Virus record (IMG/VR): IMGVR_UViG_3300025674_000014
Reading direction: 5' to 3' (one strand)
DNA length: 64,000 nt
Source of the DNA: a virus
Taxonomy: Duplodnaviria; Caudoviricetes
A program made the translations under genes and the position numbers. Numbering within the stretch: position 1 is the first letter of the stretch; each line of letters begins with the position of its first letter. A model generated the notes under the pieces. It had not been told where the DNA came from. It did no database searches and saw nothing but the letters and a program-made list of their open reading frames with translations. Of this stretch, positions 57,689 through 64,000 are shown in pieces.

Positions 57689-59215
57689 TTACTTTGGATC
57701 AACAATATCTTTAGTAATCTTATCTAACCAACCATTATTATGGGTGTAAGGTATTACTGTATATGATGCAGGTGTTTCAGGGCATGTCAATGACATAGGA
57801 AATCTAGCTGCATATGGATCTTGTCTCTCGTCGTAAATTTCTTGAATCTTACCAATGTCGTAATCTTCTCTCTTTAGCTCCTTACCTTCTGCATCATGCA
57901 CACCTACATACCAAAACTCAGTATCTTCATAAGTCTCAGGTAACTCATCCCAAGGGACAAAGAAGTCTATACACCAGTTCTTACACCATTCTGTTTGATC
58001 ATGAGGTGTAATATTTTCATAACTAGGGTTTTTATAATCTCTACAATCAGGAGAAATAGCTCTTAGTTTAAAATTAATACCAGCGTACTCTTCATATTGT
58101 TCTACTGTTCTAACTTTACCAAACCCATATTCATCCCCGAAGTTAATTTGATTAGGATCTTCACCATCCATACCAAACAGAATACGGTTACGCTTATGAC
58201 ATTGATCATTTACTTCATACCAGTCATATTCTCTACCGCTTGATCTATTATTATCATCCCAATGGTGAGGTCTACCTTTTCTTGTATATTCATGATATGC
58301 AATAATCTTATGAGGATGGAATAAATCATACCCGTGAGTAAAAGCTCTTACAGCAATACTAATCTCTTCACCGTGGAAGTAATAATTAGGGTCGTGAGTT
58401 ACTTCTTTACACATCTTACCAGATGCAAAAGCAAAGTGAGCTGAATAAAATCTACTTGGAATAGGTTCTCTTTGTTCGTCTCTTTCCATTGACGTGGGTA
58501 AAAAGAACATTGCACCTTCTGGAATGAATCTATCGATAATCATCTTCCAAGGATCTACTTCAAAACCATTAGCAAGCGTACGTTCACCTGTACCGTCTTT
58601 AAATTCTAACCAAGGTTTATAGCTGGTTATGTAACCGGTAAATAGTGGTTTTTCGTGACCTTTATCTTGCATGTAATAATACATGCTTTTCATTTCTGAA
58701 TCCCAGTGATCTACAAATCTATGATGTGAATCAATTGCTAAAGTAAATTCATCTTCACACCATAAGTGTTGTAATGAATGTCTAGCCCAGCATGTACCGT
58801 GACCTCTTCTAGCATCTACTTTAATTACTTGAAATCTATCATCATTTTGCATGAATTCGAACATGTCCTTATCATATTCATCATCTGGGTGCCATTGCCA
58901 GCAGATACCAAATCGTAAATTTTCAGGGTTATCAGCCCTTTTAATCATATCTTTAATAGTTGGAATGAGTTCAGGGTCTCTATATGCAGCAATCTGAACA
59001 AAAATACGTTGATTACCTTTTCTATTTGGATCTACACTTTCATGGTAATATGTACCTACTTTATCCCAGGATTCATTTGTTTGTTGTTTACCTGGGGTGC
59101 TAATTTGTAATGAAGGGGTATCTTGTTGTGAATGTTGTACTTCTACAACTTTTTCACTACTAGTACTTTTTACAGACTTTAATCTATTTTTCCTAACAAT
59201 CTTAATACCTGGCAT
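57689..59215 (-). CDS. GT60-like GlcNAc-transferase (PF11397) paralog plus C-terminal domain
   Basis: IFVQIAAYRDPE, GTCWAR, AIDSHHRF and FHGEEIS. Confidence 0.85.
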   Translation of the reverse strand: MPGIKIVRKNRLKSVKSTSSEKVVEVQHSQQDTPSLQISTPGKQQTNESWDKVGTYYHESVDPNRKGNQRIFVQIAAYRDPELIPTIKDMIKRADNPENLRFGICWQWHPDDEYDKDMFEFMQNDDRFQVIKVDARRGHGTCWARHSLQHLWCEDEFTLAIDSHHRFVDHWDSEMKSMYYYMQDKGHEKPLFTGYITSYKPWLEFKDGTGERTLANGFEVDPWKMIIDRFIPEGAMFFLPTSMERDEQREPIPSRFYSAHFAFASGKMCKEVTHDPNYYFHGEEISIAVRAFTHGYDLFHPHKIIAYHEYTRKGRPHHWDDNNRSSGREYDWYEVNDQCHKRNRILFGMDGEDPNQINFGDEYGFGKVRTVEQYEEYAGINFKLRAISPDCRDYKNPSYENITPHDQTEWCKNWCIDFFVPWDELPETYEDTEFWYVGVHDAEGKELKREDYDIGKIQEIYDERQDPYAARFPMSLTCPETPASYTVIPYTHNNGWLDKITKDIVDPK

Positions 59216-59236
59216 ATTTTATTTTATGCCAGGTAT
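59205..59236 (-). promoter_or_regulatory. hairpin sequestering the GT60 start codon
   Basis: Perfect 11-bp inverted repeat ATACCTGGCAT / ATGCCAGGTAT with a 10-nt loop. Confidence 0.5.
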
Positions 59237-59249
59237 CGTTGATTTCAAC

Positions 59250-62200
59250 TTAGTTAATACATTTTACTTTATAATCAAACCATTCTTGATGTAAACGAAC
59301 ACAGTTAATGCAAGCTGAATTATGAATACAAGCAGCATTATTAACATTAAGAAATGCAATTCCTACAAATTGTCTTGTTGAACCCCATAAATTTAAACAA
59401 GAATCATTAAAATCTAGCTGTTTACAAACGGTTACTACTTGATTAGTAAAAGTATTTGGCATGTTTGCGCCTATACTACACCATATTATTCCGTTACCAA
59501 AGCTAAATAAATAACATACCGGGTAATTACTACTAGTGTTATTTCCATAAGATACATTTATTTTATAATATAAACAATCAATCATACTCATACAGTAATT
59601 AGAACTACAAACTGAACATTTTACCATACATGCCTTATTTGCCATCATAGGAATGCAATTTGTACAACACATTGTATAATAGGCATACCACCCACCATCA
59701 CTTCCCGGAAGACAAATATTATGTACATATTGACCTCCGCATGTAAAACCACATGTGGTGTTTCTACAACAATAAGCTAATGAATAATTTTCACACCCTA
59801 CATTTGCCAATATGTATTTACAACCGCAACCCCAACATAAACTAGTTGAATCATAACCGGCACAAAGATATTTGTCACACATATTATCTATATGATAATT
59901 ACTCCACCAATTAGATTGCCATGCATAAATACATCTACCTGAATATCCGCAATCATAAAGATTAGCTAATGCACATAAATTACATGTACTACAAGCGGTA
60001 TAAATAGCAGGCATCCAAGAATCATGTTGAGTATACCCAGACGGTTTTGGAGCACACCAACACCAATATAGAGGTGTACCTGAAGCTCGACAATTGTTTA
60101 CGTAATAACTATAAGTAAAACAATTACTACTATCTGCCAACATATTTGTAGTTGCAAATGTCATAGCAGGGTTATATACTTCACAAGAATAACAAAATTT
60201 TATACATTGACCGGTAGTTAAAGTAGAATAATCTACAGAACATGTTATAGTGCTATATGAAGATACGTTAGAGTTAATAGTAGGGTAGTTATATGTAGCT
60301 TTAAATGTACCAGCGCTACAAAAATAAGGGTCACACCCATATGTAATAAACCCGCCAAATGGAAAACATATTTTCCATGTCCATCCAAAAACACAAGAAG
60401 TGCTTATACATCTAACTTTATACCCGTAACCACTGGTTGGTGTACCCCAGGGTAATATATAGGTGTTAGAAGTATTACCATAATTGTCTGTTCTACTTGT
60501 CCACCAAGGGTGCGCTTTTGCTTGATTAAAGCATCTAAATCCTTGCGTACCTGTACATTTTGTTTCGGGCATTAAATTAGTACAAGCATAACTACCGCTG
60601 GTATAATTAGCACAGGTATAGCTAGTTATTGTTGGACAAGTCGCGCCTGAACATATTAAATCAGTTACACTTGAACATTCATTAGGCACGGGAGGTGTGC
60701 TCGTAACTGTGGGTGTTCTTGTCTGTGTAGGTGTATGTGTACTTGTTCTGGTCGGCGTTCTCGTCTTGGATTCTGTAATAGACTTCGTTCTGGTTGGTGT
60801 TCTTGTCTTCGTTCTAGTACGTGTAGGTGTATAGGTTGGTGTTCTTGTACGCGTAGGTGTTCTTGTTCTCGTGTTAGTAGGCGTTTGTGTACGCGTACGT
60901 GTGTAGGTTGGTGTTCTTGTACGTGTACGTGTACGTGTTTGGGTTGGTGTTCTCGTACGTGTACGTGAATGTGTAATAGATTTCGTTCTGGTTGGTGTTT
61001 GTGTACGTGTAGGTGTACATGTTCTCGTGCGTGTATAGGTTGGTGTTCTCGTACGTGTACGTGATTGTGTAATCGACTTCGTTCTGGTTGGTGTTCTCGT
61101 ACGTGTAGGTGTTTGTGTACGTGTACGTGTTTGGGTTGGTGTTCTCGTACGTGTACGTGATTGTGTAATCGACTTCGTTCTGGTTGGTGTTCTCGTACGT
61201 GTAGGCGTACATGTACGTGTTCTTGTTCTCGTACGTGTAGGCGACTGGGTTGGTGTTCTTGTACGTGTAGGTGTTTGTGTACGTGATCTTGTACGTGTAC
61301 GTGTACGTGTAGCTGATTGAGTTGGTGTTCTTGTACGTGTAGGTGTTTGTGTACGTGTTTGGGTTGGTGTGCGCGTTCTAGTAGGTGTTTGTGTACGTGT
61401 CTTAGTTCTTGTTTGCGTTCTCGTACGTGTATAGGTTGGTGTTCTTGTTCTCGTACGTGTATATGTAGGAGTTTGTGTACGTGTATTTGTTGGTGTACGC
61501 GTACGTGATGCTGTACGTGTCGGTGTTTGTGAACGAGTAGGTGTTTGTGTACGTGTACGTGTTGCTGATCTGGTCGGTGTGCGTGTACGTGTACGTGTCT
61601 GTGTAGGTGTTTGTGTACGTGTTTGTGTTCTCGTTCTACTTGGTGTAGGTGTTTGTGTTATTGATTTAGTACGTGTAACGGTTGGTGTTCTTGTACGTGT
61701 TACAGCTGGTGTTGCTGTTCTGGTAGGTGTTCTTGTACGCGTAGCTGTCTGAGATTTTGTTCTCGTTTGCGTAGCTGTACGTGTATTTGTTGGTGTTTGC
61801 GTACGTGTCGGTGTTTGTGTACGTGTCTTAGTTCTTGTTCTCGTACTCGTAGCTGTTCTCGTATTAGTAGCTGTCTGCGTATTAGATTTTGTTCTAGTAG
61901 CTGTTGGCGTTTGTGTACGTGTCTTAGTAGCTGTTCTAGACTTAGTACGTGTTGGTGTTTGCGATCTCGTACGTGTATTGGTTGGTGTTTGCGTACGTGT
62001 AGCTGTTTGAGTGTTAGATTTCGTTCTCGTCTGGGTTGGTGTTCTTGTACGCGTACGTGTAGATGTTTGTGTTGCTGTACGTGTTGATGTTGGTGTTTGT
62101 GTTCTGGATCTTGTACGTGTACGTGTCGGTGTATTTGATCTCGTACGCGTACGTGTAGCAGATTGTGTAGGTGTTTGTGTACGTGTCTTAGTTGACGTAT

Positions 62201-64000
62201 TAGTAGCTGTCTGCGTTGCTGTCTTAGTGTTTGTTGGTGTTGGTGTTTCAGTACGTGTTCTAGTACGTGTTCTTGTGGGAGATTGTGTTCTCGTTGGCGA
62301 TTGTGAACGTGTTCTTGTAGGTGTCTGTGTTCTTGTTCTTGTAGACGTTCTTGACTGTGTAGACGTTTTCGTCTTTGTAACTGTATTAGTACGTGTGTTT
62401 GTAGGAGTTTGTGTTCTTGTCTGCGTTGCTGTCTGCGTTGCTGTCTTAGTGTTTGTAGGTGTTTGTGAACGCGTACGTGTTACCGTTTCTGTTGCTGTTC
62501 TGGTAGACGTTCTTGTTTGTGTGGCTGTTCTTGTTCTCGTTGGCGTTTCTGTGCGTGTACGAGTTGGTGTACTACTACGTGTTTTAGTATTTGTAGCGGT
62601 TTGTGTGGTTGTTCTAGTGCTTGTCTTAGTAGGTGTATGTGTTCTAGTAGGTGTTTGTGTACGTGTTCTTGTATTAGTTTCGGTTCTTGTCTGCGTATTT
62701 GTTCTTGTAGATGTAGGTGTTTGTGTATATGTAGGTGTTGATGTTCTTGTATTTGTAGCGGTCTGCGTGTAAGTTGATGTAGATGTTCTTGTGTTAGTAG
62801 CAGTTTGGGTATTTGTTTTTGTTTGTGTTGGTGTTCTCGTTGATGTTTGAGTTGATGTTTTAGTAGATGTTCTTGTTTGTGTGGCTGTACGTGTGTTAGA
62901 TTTCGTTCTCGTTTGTGTGCGTGAACGTGTTTGCGTAGCAGTTTGTGTTGCCGTACTTGTAGGTGTTTGTGTTCTTGTACGTGTACTAGTAGCGGTATTT
63001 GTAGGGGTTTGTGTTCTTGTACTTGTACTGGTTTTGGTATTTGTTGGTGTTTGTGTTCGCGTACGTGTATTTGTTGGCGTTTGTGTACGTGTTTCAGTTG
63101 GTGTTTGTGTACGCGTACGTGTATTTGTTGCTGTTTGAGTAGGGGTTTGTGTTCTTGTTTGCGTTGGTGTCGGATAACGTGAAACAGTTGCAGTAGATGT
63201 TTGTGTGTTCGTTCTCGTCTGTGTAGATGTTCTCGTCTGCGTAGACGTTCTTGTCTGCGTAGATGTTCTTGTATTGGTTGGTGTTCTTGTACGTGTACGA
63301 GTGTTAGTTGCTGTTGGCGTTTGTGTACGTGTACGTGTTTGTGTATTTGTACGTGTATTTGTCGGTGTTTGTGTTCGTGTACGTGTACTAGTATTTGTAG
63401 GTGTTTGTGTGCGTGTACGTGTTTCTGTTGGTGTAGGCGTTTGTGTTCTCGTTCTTGTCTGAGTAGCAGTTCTTGTCTGTGTTGATGTACGTGTGTTAGT
63501 AGCGGTTTGCGTAGACGTTTGCGTAACCGTTCTCGTATTAGTAGCTGTTTGAGTAGCTGTTTGTGATGACGTTCTTGTTTGTGTTGGTGTACTTGTAGCT
63601 GTTCTAGAAGCTGTCTGGGTAGGTGTTCTAGTACGTGTAGCTGTCTGGGTTGGTGTTCTAGTTTGGGTTGGTGTGCGTGTACGTGTTACGTCAGGTGTAT
63701 CTGTTTGACTTGGTGTTCTCGTAAACGTAGGTGTTCTTGTTTGTGTTCCGGTCTGCGTTGATGTTGGTGTTTGTGTACGTGTACGTGTTTGTGTATTTGT
63801 TGGTGTTTGGGTGCGTGTACGGGTTTGTGTACGTGTACGTGTATGTGTTGGTGTTTGCGTTCTTGTCTGCGTCGGTGTTTGTGTACGTGTACGTGTGTTA
63901 GTAGATGTTTGTGTATTTGTTTTTGTTCTTGTTTGAGTAGCTGTTCTTGTCTGCGTAGATGTTCTCGTCTGTGTTGGTGTTTGTGTTCTCGTCTGAGTCG
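59250..64000 (-). CDS. giant mucin-like (Thr-X)n protein with Cys-rich C-terminal domain, 5'-truncated
   Basis: Read triplet by triplet, the frame has no stop from 64000 to 59250. The track start at 60689 is only the first in-frame GTG. At least 1,583 codons. Confidence 0.85.
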   Translation of the reverse strand, partial: TQTRTQTPTQTRTSTQTRTATQTRTKTNTQTSTNTRTRTQTPTQTRTQTPTHTRTRTQTRTRTQTPTNTQTRTRTQTPTSTQTGTQTRTPTFTRTPSQTDTPDVTRTRTPTQTRTPTQTATRTRTPTQTASRTATSTPTQTRTSSQTATQTATNTRTVTQTSTQTATNTRTSTQTRTATQTRTRTQTPTPTETRTRTQTPTNTSTRTRTQTPTNTRTNTQTRTRTQTPTATNTRTRTRTPTNTRTSTQTRTSTQTRTSTQTRTNTQTSTATVSRYPTPTQTRTQTPTQTATNTRTRTQTPTETRTQTPTNTRTRTQTPTNTKTSTSTRTQTPTNTATSTRTRTQTPTSTATQTATQTRSRTQTRTKSNTRTATQTRTSTKTSTQTSTRTPTQTKTNTQTATNTRTSTSTYTQTATNTRTSTPTYTQTPTSTRTNTQTRTETNTRTRTQTPTRTHTPTKTSTRTTTQTATNTKTRSSTPTRTRTETPTRTRTATQTRTSTRTATETVTRTRSQTPTNTKTATQTATQTRTQTPTNTRTNTVTKTKTSTQSRTSTRTRTQTPTRTRSQSPTRTQSPTRTRTRTRTETPTPTNTKTATQTATNTSTKTRTQTPTQSATRTRTRSNTPTRTRTRSRTQTPTSTRTATQTSTRTRTRTPTQTRTKSNTQTATRTQTPTNTRTRSQTPTRTKSRTATKTRTQTPTATRTKSNTQTATNTRTATSTRTRTKTRTQTPTRTQTPTNTRTATQTRTKSQTATRTRTPTRTATPAVTRTRTPTVTRTKSITQTPTPSRTRTQTRTQTPTQTRTRTRTPTRSATRTRTQTPTRSQTPTRTASRTRTPTNTRTQTPTYTRTRTRTPTYTRTRTQTRTKTRTQTPTRTRTPTQTRTQTPTRTRTPTQSATRTRTRTRSRTQTPTRTRTPTQSPTRTRTRTRTCTPTRTRTPTRTKSITQSRTRTRTPTQTRTRTQTPTRTRTPTRTKSITQSRTRTRTPTYTRTRTCTPTRTQTPTRTKSITHSRTRTRTPTQTRTRTRTRTPTYTRTRTQTPTNTRTRTPTRTRTPTYTPTRTRTKTRTPTRTKSITESKTRTPTRTSTHTPTQTRTPTVTSTPPVPNECSSVTDLICSGATCPTITSYTCANYTSGSYACTNLMPETKCTGTQGFRCFNQAKAHPWWTSRTDNYGNTSNTYILPWGTPTSGYGYKVRCISTSCVFGWTWKICFPFGGFITYGCDPYFCSAGTFKATYNYPTINSNVSSYSTITCSVDYSTLTTGQCIKFCYSCEVYNPAMTFATTNMLADSSNCFTYSYYVNNCRASGTPLYWCWCAPKPSGYTQHDSWMPAIYTACSTCNLCALANLYDCGYSGRCIYAWQSNWWSNYHIDNMCDKYLCAGYDSTSLCWGCGCKYILANVGCENYSLAYCCRNTTCGFTCGGQYVHNICLPGSDGGWYAYYTMCCTNCIPMMANKACMVKCSVCSSNYCMSMIDCLYYKINVSYGNNTSSNYPVCYLFSFGNGIIWCSIGANMPNTFTNQVVTVCKQLDFNDSCLNLWGSTRQFVGIAFLNVNNAACIHNSACINCVRLHQEWFDYKVKCIN
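60690..64000 (-). repeat. degenerate 6-bp-period coding repeat (Thr-X)n
   Basis: Plus strand shows recurring GTACGT, GTTCTT, GTTGGT and GTTTGT units. Protein reads TPTRTRTQT-like. Confidence 0.95.
61038..61205. repeat. perfect 72-bp direct repeat inside the Thr-X array
   Basis: 61038-61109 is identical to 61134-61205. Confidence 0.9.

Noticed and set aside
59250-60689. Stand-alone 479-aa gene starting at GTG 60689
   Set aside because: The frame stays open upstream to the window edge, so this is the C-terminal domain of a larger protein.
60735-63761. Val-rich, Cys-rich (plus strand) and YTYTN (minus strand) ORFs in the track
   Set aside because: They are alternative-frame shadows of the Thr-X repeat. 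They are interrupted by stops, while the Thr frame is continuous and joins the downstream domain.
60690-64000. CRISPR array or non-coding satellite
   Set aside because: There is no constant repeat with unique spacers. The 6-nt periodicity and synonymous variation indicate coding sequence.
1-64000. Alternative genetic code (stop-codon recoding)
   Set aside because: Core genes translate full length under the standard code, and TAA, TAG and TGA are all used as stops.

Overview
This window is part of a large, AT-rich T4-like myophage genome. Core genes recognised here are gp45, RNase H, gp61 primase, gp14, gp17, gp3, gp18, gp19, baseplate genes, a gp5-like spike, gp13, gp4, gp21, gp22 and gp23. 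Accessory genes include nrdA/nrdB, thioredoxin, dCMP deaminase, Hsp20, QueF and four tRNAs. The main candidate system is a glycosylation module at 53.7-64 kb on the minus strand. It contains a giant ORF that the ORF track misses: at least 1,583 codons, about 1,100 residues of near-strict Thr-X alternation, then a Cys-rich domain. Directly downstream lie two GT60-like (PF11397) GlcNAc-transferase paralogs and a FkbM-methyltransferase/HtrL/GT-A fusion. I infer this is a phage-encoded mucin-type O-glycosylation system for a virion appendage. Elsewhere the phage encodes an NDP-rhamnose pathway, a heptose-kinase domain and more glycosyl- and methyltransferases that could supply it. Other notable points: NrdB lacks the radical tyrosine (class Ic signature); the second epimerase-reductase has lost its YxxxK motif; a methyltransferase gene is flanked by a duplicated tRNA-Ile 5' end; there is a candidate late small RNA; and promoter spacing suggests leaderless mRNAs. 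All family assignments come from motifs recognised by eye; no database searches were run.
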